The translations under genes were made by a program, and so were the position numbers. Shown here piece after piece: positions 1 to 8,799 of a DNA stretch of 64,000 bases. The DNA is taken from assembly GCA_963745035.1 (NCBI GenBank), contig CAVUVW010000015.1, forward strand, positions 300,414 through 364,413, given 5' to 3'. The notes under the pieces are model-generated. The model did not search any database. It saw only the letters and a list, made by a program, of their open reading frames with translations, and had not been told where the DNA came from. Position 1 is the stretch's first letter; each line of letters opens with the position of its first letter. Origin of the DNA: an uncultured delta proteobacterium (GTDB lineage Bacteria > Desulfobacterota > Binatia > UBA9968).

Positions 1-296
1 CGCCGGGAGTGAAAAACGCGATGTCGGCCAGCCGTTCAGATTATAGCGCGCGTCGATGTCGGGCCGCGTGGCGTTTTCGACTCGAAGCGCAATGAAGTAA
101 GCATTCAGCAGACGCCATGTTTTCGCGGTCAGAAAGCGCGCCTTCATCCATGCGCTGGCAATAGCGGCACCAAAACGCCGACAAGAAAAGCATCACCGGC
201 TTGTCTTGCTCGCGCGCGCGCTTTGAGAGCGTCGTCCTCCCATTCGAACCAGCGGATGAGATGAGCAAGATTTGGATTAGGCGAAAACCGCAGCAT
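1..296 (-). CDS. DUF255/YyaL-type thioredoxin-domain protein, N-terminal part (runs off window; frameshifted)
   Basis: Read across indels: MLRFSPNPNLAHLIRWFEW...AREQDKPVMLFLSAFWCRYCQRMDE...RPDIDARY...GWPT, matching the DUF255 N-terminal pattern. Confidence 0.8.
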
Positions 297-485
297 GAGT
301 GAATCCGGTACCCTGCATTCTTAATACTCAATATCACCCTTTTGCATCCAGGAAAAACCAGCCCCCACATTTGAACTACAGCAAACTGCGGCAGGCTCAG
401 AAAAGTAATCGATAACCGGGCCGCTGCCATCTCGAACAAGAGAGAGACTATTCAATACAGCGTGCCGCGCTTCGAACCTCGTGCG

Positions 486-515
486 TTGACAAGCTTCTCC
501 GCCAAGGCATAAGAT
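486..515 (+). promoter_or_regulatory. sigma70-type promoter for the grdE/grdB-like genes
   Basis: TTGACA (486-491), 18-nt spacer, TAAGAT (510-515), about 40 nt before the ATG at 554. Confidence 0.6.
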
Positions 516-553
516 TCCGTACTTGGCGGCGCTTCACGCTTTCGGAGAGAATC

Positions 554-1835
554 ATGCAACTGACCTTGGCCAATCATCCGATCACAAACATGCGCTTCGG
601 CGCGCCGGCGCGCCTCGAAGGCACCGATCTGGTCGTCGATGCCGACGAGCTGCGCCGTATCGTGCTCGACGACGATGCCGTCGTCAGCGTCGACTTCGAA
701 ATCGTTCGTCCGGGCGAGAGCTGCCGCGCCGGGCCGATCTTCGATGTGATTGAACCGCGAGCCAAGGAGCCCGGCTACGGCGCCGATTTCCCCGGCATTT
801 TGGGCGCGCCGCTTACGGCGGGAATGGGCACGACACATGTTCTAAGCGGCGCGGCGGTATCGGTGCTCGCGGAAATCTCCCCGATCTTACGAGAAGCGCC
901 ACCGGGCGCGTTCTCGAAATGAGCGGCGCTCCGGCTGAGGCGAGCGCCGTATTCCGCGCTCACGCACCTGCTCGTGATTCCGCACACCAAACCAGATTTG
1001 CCGCGCCAAGCGATTGAAAAAGCTTATCGCATCGCCGGCATTCGAGTCGCGGTGCGCTGTCGCGCGACTCGCTCTAAGACCGCGCCGCGGATCGCGGCAC
1101 CAGTTCGAGCCGGTCGGGCCGGCGCGGCAAGCCGCGCAGGTCTGCCGCGCGTCGCCTACATCGGACAGATTTTTTCCCGCCAGCGCAAACCCGCCGTCGA
1201 CGAGCCGATTCTTTACGGCGCCAATACCGACGGCATGCTGCCGATCATGCTCCATCCCGATGAATGGCTCGACGGCGCCATCGTGCCGTCGCTGCATTCA
1301 TGGTTCGGCGGCACGGAAACTTATTTCTATCAGAATCATCCGATCATTCTCGATCTCTATCGGCGCCATCAGGCGCGCGAAATAAATTTCGTCGGCACGG
1401 TCGCCACCATCGCCGGCTCGGACAATTTCGACCGCGAGCGCCACTGCAAGGCGGCCGCCAATCTGGTGAAATGGAATTTGCAAGCCGACGGCGCGGTGCT
1501 GTCCAAATACGGCGGCGGCTTGCCCCACGCCGATCTGGCGGAAACTGCGCGTCTGCTCGAAGACATGGGCGATAAAAACGGCGGTGATGGTTTCCGACGT
1601 GTCGCGCGACCGGCGAGTCGAGTCGGCGCTGCTTTTCAATGTCCCGGAAGTCAACGCCATCGTCTACAACGGCGGCAACGGCACGTATTGGGAAGTGCCA
1701 AAAGTGGATCGCGTCGTCGCCGCGACCGCGGAATTTACCGAACTGCTGGCCGGCCCAATGAAGATCGACGCGGCCAATATCGTCGGCGTAACCAACCAGC
1801 AAGGCGCATCGAAAATGAGAGCATTGGTGTACTAG
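554..1835 (+). CDS. Glycine/sarcosine/betaine reductase component B proprotein subunit (GrdE-like), split by indels
   Basis: ORFs 554-922, 974-1870 and 1584-1835 join: ...IVRPGESCRAGPIFDVIEPRAK...LHPDEWLDGAIV...TYFYQNHPIILDLY...ADGAVLSKYGGG; lies directly upstream of a GrdB-like gene. Confidence 0.85.
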
Positions 1836-1910
1836 AAGGCCACGAGGCGAAAGGCGTGAGGCGTGAGTGAGGATTCATACTCATGCCTCGCGCCTCAAGC
1901 CTCATGCCTT
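1836..1910. repeat. Heptamer tandem-repeat hairpin (GAGGCGT-like / ATGCCTC-like arms)
   Basis: gaggcga aaggcgt gaggcgt gagt ... actc atgcctc gcgcctc aagcctc atgcctt; ends just before the GAGGAG Shine-Dalgarno of the next gene. Confidence 0.8.
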
Positions 1911-1921
1911 GAGGAGCTTCC

Positions 1922-3212
1922 ATGCGAGTCGCACATTACTTGAATCAGTTCTTCGGCGGCGTCGGCGCTGAGGAGCATGCCGGCAAGGGTTTGGAGATCC
2001 ACGACGGCGCGGTCGGGCCCGGCCGGCTGCTGGAACAGTTGCTCGGCGGCAGACGCGCGCGTCGCATTGACTTTTGTCTGCGGCGATAATTTCGCGGTCG
2101 AAAATCAAGATGAGTTGACCGCCGCCGTGCTGGAAAGGCTCCGCGCCGCGAGCATTGATCTGTTCGTCGCCGGTCCATGCTTCGATGCCGGACGCTACGG
2201 CATGGCGGCCGGCGCGCTTTGCCGCGCCGTGCAAAGCGAACTCAAGATTCCCGTAATCACCGCGATGAGCGAAGAAAATCCCGGCGTCGATCTCCACCGC
2301 GACGCGCTCTACATCATCGACTCGGGAACGAATGCGGCAAAAATGCGCGACGTGCTCGGCAAGATGGCCGAGCTCTCGGCCAGAAACTTGTCGCCAACGC
2401 GCCGATCGGTTTGCCCGGCCGAGGAAGGCTATTTGCGGCGCGGTTGGCTGCGCGATCAACTGGTCGAAAAAACCGCGGCGACCCGGCTCGTCGACATGCT
2501 GCTTGGCGAAAATGAGCGGCGCGCCGTTCGAATCCGAAATGCCGGCCACGTCGTTCGCGCCCGTGCCGATACCGGCGGCGATGCAGGATCTATCGAAAGC
2601 CAAGGTGATGTTGATCACCGACGGCGGCCTGGTTCCCAAGGGCAATCCGGATCGGATCGAGGGCACCGCCGCGACGCGTTGGGGCGCTTACAACATCGAA
2701 GGCCGCGACGATCTGCGCGGCGAAGAATACGAAGTTTCCCACGGCGGCTACGACACGCGATTTGTTCAGGAAGATCCCGATCGGCTGGTTCCGCTCGACG
2801 CCATGCGCGAGATGGAAAAGAACGGCGTCATCGGTAAGCTCCACGATGAATTCATTTCCACCTGCGGCCGCTCCAATCCGCTGTCGAATACGCGCCGGCT
2901 CGGCCGGGAGATCGCCGACAAGATCAAGAAGGACGGCGTCGACGCGGTCATCCTTACGTCGACGTGAGGTACCAGCACTCGCAGCGGCGCTGCGATCACG
3001 ACCGAGCTGGAGAAGGCGGGCATTCCCGGTCGTGCAAATCACCTCCGCCCTGCCGATTGCCAAAATGGTCGGCTCCAACCGGGTGGTTCTCGGCGACCGG
3101 CATCGTCCACGTGACCGGCGACGCCAAGCTTCCGCCCGCCGACGAAAAGGACCTGCGGCGAAAGTTCGTCCAGCAAGCGCTCGACGCGCTGCAGTCCGAC
3201 AAGACACAGTAG
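1922..3212 (+). CDS. Glycine/betaine/sarcosine reductase selenoprotein B (GrdB-like), Sec at TGA 2965-2967; several indels
   Basis: N-terminus MRVAHYLNQFFGGVGAEEHA; FVAGPCFDAGRYG; ITDGGLVPKGNPDRIE; HGGYD; DPDRLVPLD; VDAVILTST-TGA-GTSTRSGAAITTELEKAGIP continues in frame. Confidence 0.92.
2979..2995 (+). promoter_or_regulatory. Putative bacterial SECIS hairpin for the GrdB-like Sec codon
   Basis: TCGCAGC-GGC-GCTGCGA: perfect 7-bp stem with G-containing loop, starting after an 11-nt spacer following the TGA. Confidence 0.75.
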
Positions 3213-3370
3213 CCGCTCCTCGTTCTGAACGAGCTTCCCGGGATTGGCGTGAGGCGGGCAACGGGGCTTGCGTCAGCGTCAACCCTTGATTGCTCGCCTG
3301 CAGGTCACGCCGCGCTCTACACAAACGGTGAATTTATCGTTAGAATCTTCTCGGCCTGCAGTTTTTATTT

Positions 3371-4021
3371 ATGGATGCGTCAAAAACCAAGTTTCTCTTG
3401 CTTGGCCTGGGCGTCGTCGGTCTGGGCATCGTCCTGGGCACCGCCCTTTGGCTCAGAGTCGGGGCGCCGCAGGGACCGTGGGGCCACGCTTCGGGCAACT
3501 CGGCTGAGAGTCTCGAACAGTATGGCGCGGTGCCCGATTTCGCATTGACGGAAAGAAACGGCAATGCCGTCGGCCTCGACGAGCTGCGCGGCAAGATTTG
3601 GATCGCGGATTTTATCTACACGACCTGCACGGACACCTGCCCATTGCAGACCGCGATGATGGCCAAGCTCCAGCAAGAATATGCCCACAAGCCTGAGGTA
3701 CAGTTCGTTTCGTTTACGGTCGACCCGGAGCGGGACACGCCGGAAGTGCTGACGGCTTACGGCGCCAAACACCAAGCCGACGCCGCGCGCTGGTATTTCT
3801 TGACCGGCCGGCGCGATCGCATCATGCGCTTGATCCAGGATGGGTTTCACCTGGCGGTGGCGGCGCTGCCGGTCGATGCCGCGCCCGGCGGCATGATCCC
3901 GCACAGTCCGCGCTTTGTCTTGGTCGACAAGCAATCCCGCATCCGCGGCTACTATGACAGCCGCGACCTCGAGGCATTCGCGCGCCTCAAGAACCACATC
4001 GATACTTTGTTGAAGGGGTAG
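3371..4021 (+). CDS. SCO1/SenC family copper chaperone
   Basis: N-terminal TM helix; FIYTTCTDTCP (CxxxC); TVDPERDTPE; conserved His in HSPRFVLVD. Confidence 0.92.
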   Translation: MDASKTKFLLLGLGVVGLGIVLGTALWLRVGAPQGPWGHASGNSAESLEQYGAVPDFALTERNGNAVGLDELRGKIWIADFIYTTCTDTCPLQTAMMAKLQQEYAHKPEVQFVSFTVDPERDTPEVLTAYGAKHQADAARWYFLTGRRDRIMRLIQDGFHLAVAALPVDAAPGGMIPHSPRFVLVDKQSRIRGYYDSRDLEAFARLKNHIDTLLKG

Positions 4022-4027
4022 ATAGAG

Positions 4028-4900
4028 ATGGCCAACGAGAAAAGCAAGAAAGGCAAGCAACCGGCTGCCGCGGGACTCGTGCGCGAGGGGCCGAACTGGC
4101 CGCTGTTTGTGCTGGCGGTTCTCGGCATGGCCTTGTCGGGATATCTCACGTTTTCCGCGTGGCAAGGAGACCGCGCCGCGTTCTGCGCCGAAGGAGCCGG
4201 CTGTGATGTCGTGCTCAGCAGCCGCTGGGCGACGCTCCTAGGCATGCCGACCTCATTCTGGGGTTTTCTAACTTACGCGCTGCTCGGCGCCGTCGCGTGG
4301 AATCGCGATGCCGCCAATCAATGGCGCTGGGCTTGGGTGATTTCCCTGTTCGGTCTGTTTTTCAGTCTGTATTTAACCGGCGTCTCGTTTTTGTCATTGC
4401 AGGCAGCCTGCCCCTACTGCCTGGGTTCGCTCGGGCTGATGACGGCTATTTTTCTTCTGACGACGTTGCAGCGACCGAAGAACTTGCCGAAGTTTTCCTG
4501 GGGACCGTTCCTGGGAAAAAGCGTCGGTGCCGCGGCGCTCGTCATGATCGCGCTGCATCTGCACTACGCCGGCTACCTGGGCAGCGCTCCCAAACCCGAG
4601 GACCCCTGGATTCGCGCCTTGGCGGAGCATCTGTCCAAGACCGACGTGAAGTTTTACGGCGCCTCGTGGTGCCCTCACTGCACCGAGCAGAAACACCTCT
4701 TTGGCAGCTCGGAAAAGCGCATCCCTTATGTCGAATGCAGCCCGGGTGGATCCAAGGGACCCCAGGCGCCGGCTTGCAAGGAGAAAAATATTCAGAGCTA
4801 TCCGACCTGGATCATCAACGGACAGCGCTATACCGGCATCCAGCCGTTGGATGCGCTCGCGCGGTTCAGCAACTTTCAATATCAAGGAGACAAACGATGA
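4028..4900 (+). CDS. Vitamin K epoxide reductase (VKOR) fused to a thioredoxin-like domain
   Basis: FCAEGAGCDVVLSSRWA loop cysteines; CPYC active site in the TM region; C-terminal YGASWCPHC, YVEC, SYPTW. Confidence 0.92.
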   Translation: MANEKSKKGKQPAAAGLVREGPNWPLFVLAVLGMALSGYLTFSAWQGDRAAFCAEGAGCDVVLSSRWATLLGMPTSFWGFLTYALLGAVAWNRDAANQWRWAWVISLFGLFFSLYLTGVSFLSLQAACPYCLGSLGLMTAIFLLTTLQRPKNLPKFSWGPFLGKSVGAAALVMIALHLHYAGYLGSAPKPEDPWIRALAEHLSKTDVKFYGASWCPHCTEQKHLFGSSEKRIPYVECSPGGSKGPQAPACKEKNIQSYPTWIINGQRYTGIQPLDALARFSNFQYQGDKR

Positions 4901-5370
4901 TCGCGCTCCGGATGCAACAAAGCGGTGGCGCCGCTCTCGTGAGCTTGGCGCTGACAATTTTTTCGATCGGACCGGCGCACGCGGATCCTTCCAAATATCC
5001 GGCCTTCGCCCAGCAGTCGCTGCCGCAAGATATCAAGCCGGAATTTATCGGCATCGAGGATCTCGTCAAAGAGATCCAGGCGGGCGCCAAGCCGGTGATC
5101 ATCGACGTGCGCACGGTCGAAGAATTTCACGAGGTGCATATTTTGGGCGCGGTTTCCGCCCCGCTCGCGGAGTTCAAGGATTATGTGAAGAGCATTCCGC
5201 GCGATCGCCCGGTCGTGCTCTATTGAGCTTGCCCCCATCACCTGGCCAGTCTGGCCTACGGCATGCTCTACGAAAACGGTTATCGCAACATGAAGATCCT
5301 CGACGAAGGAATCGTCGGATGGTACCAAAAGCGCTATCCGATGGAAGGGACCAAAACGCCCCGCTCCTGA
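4897..5370 (+). CDS. Signal-peptide rhodanese-domain selenoprotein (Sec at TGA 5224-5226, UxC motif)
   Basis: ATG overlaps the VKOR stop; signal-like N-terminus ending AHA; IIDVRTVEEFHEVHILGA; VVLY-TGA-ACPHHLASLAYGMLYENGYRNMKILDEGIVGWYQKRYP completes the rhodanese fold; final stop 5368-5370. Confidence 0.85.
5236..5265 (+). promoter_or_regulatory. Putative SECIS hairpin for the rhodanese Sec codon
   Basis: GGCCA-GTC-TGGCC (5244-5256) with lower CC/GG and CAT/ATG pairing; the apical CAGTCTG resembles the E. coli fdhF SECIS apex (CAGGTCTG). Confidence 0.6.
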
Positions 5371-5373
5371 GCT

Positions 5374-6070
5374 ATGGCCGCTAAGAACGCCGTGATCCTG
5401 CTGAGCGGCGGCATCGACTCCGCCACCGCCGCCGCCGTCGCGAAACGGGACGGCTACGATCTGCATGCGTTGACCTTCCACTACGGCCAGCGCCACGAGC
5501 GGGAGATCGAGTGCGCCGGGAAAATTGCCGCATTCTTGGGGGCAAAAACACAAAAGGTCATGCGCTTCGACTTGCGAGCGATCGGCGGCTCCGCTCTCAC
5601 CGACGACATCGCGGTGCCCAAGGAACGGAGCGAGGACGAGATCGCGGCCGGCGTGCCGATGACCTACGTGCCGGCGCGCAACACCATCTTTCTGTCGTTC
5701 GCATTGGCGCTCGCCGAGCGCATCGGCTCCCAGGATATTTTTTTCGGCGCCAACCAATTGGACTACAGCGGCTATCCGGATTGCCGCGACGAATACATCC
5801 GGGCGTTTGAAAAAATGGCGAATCTGGCCACCAAGGCCGGAGTGGAGGGCAAGAGCCGGATGAGCGTTCACGCGCCGCTACTGCAAATGACCAAGGCGGA
5901 GATCGTCAAGCTCGGTGATTCCCTCGGTCTTGACTTCGGTTTGACCTGGAGCTGCTACGATCCGCGACCGGGCGGGCGGGCGTGCGGCCAGTGCGACAGC
6001 TGCCGGCTCCGGCTGAAGGGCTTCCGCGAAGCCGGCCGCAGTCGATCCGCTCGCCTACGCCGAAGACTGA
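5374..6070 (+). CDS. queC: 7-cyano-7-deazaguanine synthase QueC (indel near 3' end hides the true stop)
   Basis: LSGGIDS; TYVPARNTIFLSFA; DYSGYPDCR; TWSCY...CGQCDSC; shifted frame ends VDPLAYAED* at 6068-6070. Confidence 0.93.
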
Positions 6071-6081
6071 AGTGTTTGTCC

Positions 6082-6972
6082 ATGTTGTCCACTCCGTTCA
6101 CCGCCGAATTTCTCAGTCAGCTCGAAGCGCTGCGCTTGCGCACGCGAAAGGAATTTCTCGGCAGCCACCCGGGCAGCTACTCTTCACCGCGGCGCGGCAC
6201 GAGCTTGGAGTTTTCCGACTATCGCCGCTACTCTCCCGGCGACGATCTGCGCTACATCGATTGGGGCATCTACGCGCGCAGCGACCGGCTGTTCATCAAA
6301 GTTTTTCGCCAGGAAGTCGATCTCTTCGCCTACGTCTTCATCGACACCAGCGCGTCGATGGCGTTTCCCTCGCGCGCGGAGAAATTCTTGCCCGCAAGCC
6401 ATGTCGCGCTGGCGCTTTCCTACGTGGTCCTGGCCAATCACGATCACGTCAAGCTGCATTTGCTCCAAAACACGAGCAACACCGCGTCCCAGTTCTATCG
6501 CGGCCGGCGGCGCATGCGCGATTGCGTGGAATTTGCCACCTCCGCTGCCCCGGGCGGATCGCTGGATCTGGCGTTCGCGTTGAGCGAACATCTCCAGCGG
6601 GTGCGCCGGCCCGGCAAGGCCATTCTGATTTCCGATTTCCTGATGCCGGCGGCGTCTTACCAGCAGGGACTCAACCTGCTGCGCGCGTCGAATCTCGATG
6701 TGGTGGCGATTCAGGTGCTGTCGCGCCACGAAGTCGATCCGCCCTTTCCCAACGGCAGCGTGGCGTTGATCGACAGCGAAAGTCAAAATGAGATCAAGCA
6801 TCAGTGGAGCGCGGCGGCGCGGCGCGAATACCAGGCGAGGCTCGCCCATCATAACTTGGAGATTCGCAGTTTCTGCCACCAGAGCGGCATGCACTATTCG
6901 CTCTACGTGACCGATCGCGATCTCGGCGATTTTGTCTTCGCCACCTTGCCGGCCATCGGCCTGTTCAAATAG
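6082..6972 (+). CDS. DUF58 domain protein (MoxR-associated family)
   Basis: GTSLEFSDYRRYSPGDDLRYIDWGIYARSDRLFIK; IDTSASM; ILISDF. Confidence 0.92.
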   Translation: MLSTPFTAEFLSQLEALRLRTRKEFLGSHPGSYSSPRRGTSLEFSDYRRYSPGDDLRYIDWGIYARSDRLFIKVFRQEVDLFAYVFIDTSASMAFPSRAEKFLPASHVALALSYVVLANHDHVKLHLLQNTSNTASQFYRGRRRMRDCVEFATSAAPGGSLDLAFALSEHLQRVRRPGKAILISDFLMPAASYQQGLNLLRASNLDVVAIQVLSRHEVDPPFPNGSVALIDSESQNEIKHQWSAAARREYQARLAHHNLEIRSFCHQSGMHYSLYVTDRDLGDFVFATLPAIGLFK

Positions 6973-6974
6973 TC

Positions 6975-8799
6975 ATGGAGTTTCTCAACCCTGCCGCCCT
7001 GCTCGGGCTGCTCGCCCTGCCGCTGCTGCTGATTCCTTACCTGGTAAGGCGCAAGCCGCGCCGCATGGTATTTTCAAGTCTCCTGCTTTTTCTCGAGGGC
7101 GGCACCCGCGCCAGCCGCCCTCTCGGACGCATCAATCTGCCGCCGCTGTTTTTTCTCCAGCTGCTGCTGCTGGCGCTGCTGATCTTGGCGCTGAGCGAGC
7201 CGGTCTTTTCGGTCCGGCCGACCAACGTCGCCTTGGTCCTGGACAACTCGGCGAGCATGCAAGCCGTGGAAGACGGCAAAGCCAGATTCGATCTCGCCAA
7301 AGAAAAACTCGGCGCCGTCGCCGGCGAGCTCAGCCCGTCCGGGTTGATCGATCTCTACCTGACCGTGCCGCAACTGGCGAAATTCAATCGCGACCCGTGG
7401 AGCCCGGCCCAGGCGCTCGACGCTGTGGGCAAGCTCGGCGCCTATGACCTGGGCGATGCGCCGATCGACTATGATCAGGCCTTGAACCAATTGGTCCGCG
7501 AGCAAAAGTACCAGCGCGTTTATTTATTCACCGACCATCCCGCGGCCGAGCAAAGCGCGACAATTCGAGTCGTTTCCATCGGCCGGCCGCGCGCGAATCT
7601 CGCCGTCACCGGCTTTGAGGTTCACCGCAGCTCGCTCGTCGACGCGCGCATGGAGGCAAGCGCGGCCGTGGCCAACTTCTCCGGCCGTGACGAAAAGATT
7701 CAGGTTGTGCTCAAGGCCGGCGACGCCACGTTGGCCAGTCGGGAGATCGCCGTTCCCGCCGACAAGACCTCGACGGTGAATTTTGCCGGGTTTGCGGAGC
7801 GGCCGTACTACGAAATCGAGATCGGCGCGCGCGATGCCTTGGCCCTCGACAATCGCCGTTTCGCCGTCGCTCCCAGATCGCGCAGCCTGCGCATCCTCGC
7901 AGTCACTCCGCGTCCCCAGGCCGCCGCGAGCCTCAAGACCATTCAAGGCGTCAGCGTGGACACGGCGGCCCCCGCCGAATACGGCAACGTCGTCCGCGGC
8001 GGGCATGATCTTGAGATTTTCCATTACTCGTCGCCCGCGCGCCTGCCGGAAAGCCCCGCGCTGTTTATTTTGCCGCCGGAGAACAGCTCGCTGGTCGATT
8101 TGGGCGCGCCGATGTCAAAGCCCCAGATTTCCGGTTGGCGCGAGCCGCACCGGCTCACCCGTTACGTGAATTTCAGCCTGCTCCGACCGACTTACGCCCG
8201 GCCGTTGCGGCCGCAAACCGCCGGCCAGGTGATCCTCGAAGGTCCGGGCGGCGCGCTCGCCTTCGCCGTCGAGCAGCGCGGCATCCGCTATCTCACCCTC
8301 GGATTCGATCCCCTGCCGTATCTCGGGCCGCGACAATTTGCCGATGTCGATCTTTACCCTCAACCTTCTCGATTGGTTCTTCGAGAGCGCCGGGGCGCGG
8401 GCTCAGGCGACCGGAGAACCGATTCCGCTCGGCTCCGTCGAGCCGGGCGACTCGCTCACGACTCCCGCGGGTCAAGACGTCGGCCTCAAGCGCGGCGCCG
8501 GCTATTTCCAGCCCACCTTTCAGCAGGGAATTTATCGGCGCAGCCGGGCCGGCGTAAGCGACCTATTCGCCCGCAACTTGGGGGCTATCGGCGAATCGGA
8601 CCTGCGCCACACCACGCCCATCGAGTTGCGCGGCCAGGCGGCGGCCGCCGCCAGCGCCTCGACGCTGTTTTCCTTCTGGCCCTACCTCGTGCTCGCTTCG
8701 CTGCTGCTTTTCATGCTTGAATGGTTTCTCTACCCGCGCTCGCCGCCGGCGCTGTCTGGAGCGCGCCGGGGCTGGCGGCAGATGGTGGCGCGCCGATGA
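6975..8799 (+). CDS. BatA N-terminal / vWA domain membrane protein (indel near 8330)
   Basis: MEFLNPAALLGLLALPLLLIPYL BatA-like start; VLDNSASM MIDAS; C-terminal ESDL...WPYLVLASLLLFMLEW. Confidence 0.85.

Noticed and set aside
5374-6070. queC as a defence component (QatC or CBASS type IV Cap9)
   Set aside because: Length and motifs are those of canonical QueC; no CD-NTase, TGT, TatD or QatA-type ATPase nearby
5374-6972. Apparent QueC-DUF58 fusion (532-aa ORF)
   Set aside because: A one-base shift near 6040 gives the normal QueC end (DPLAYAED*, 6070), and DUF58 has its own ATG at 6082; most likely an indel artefact
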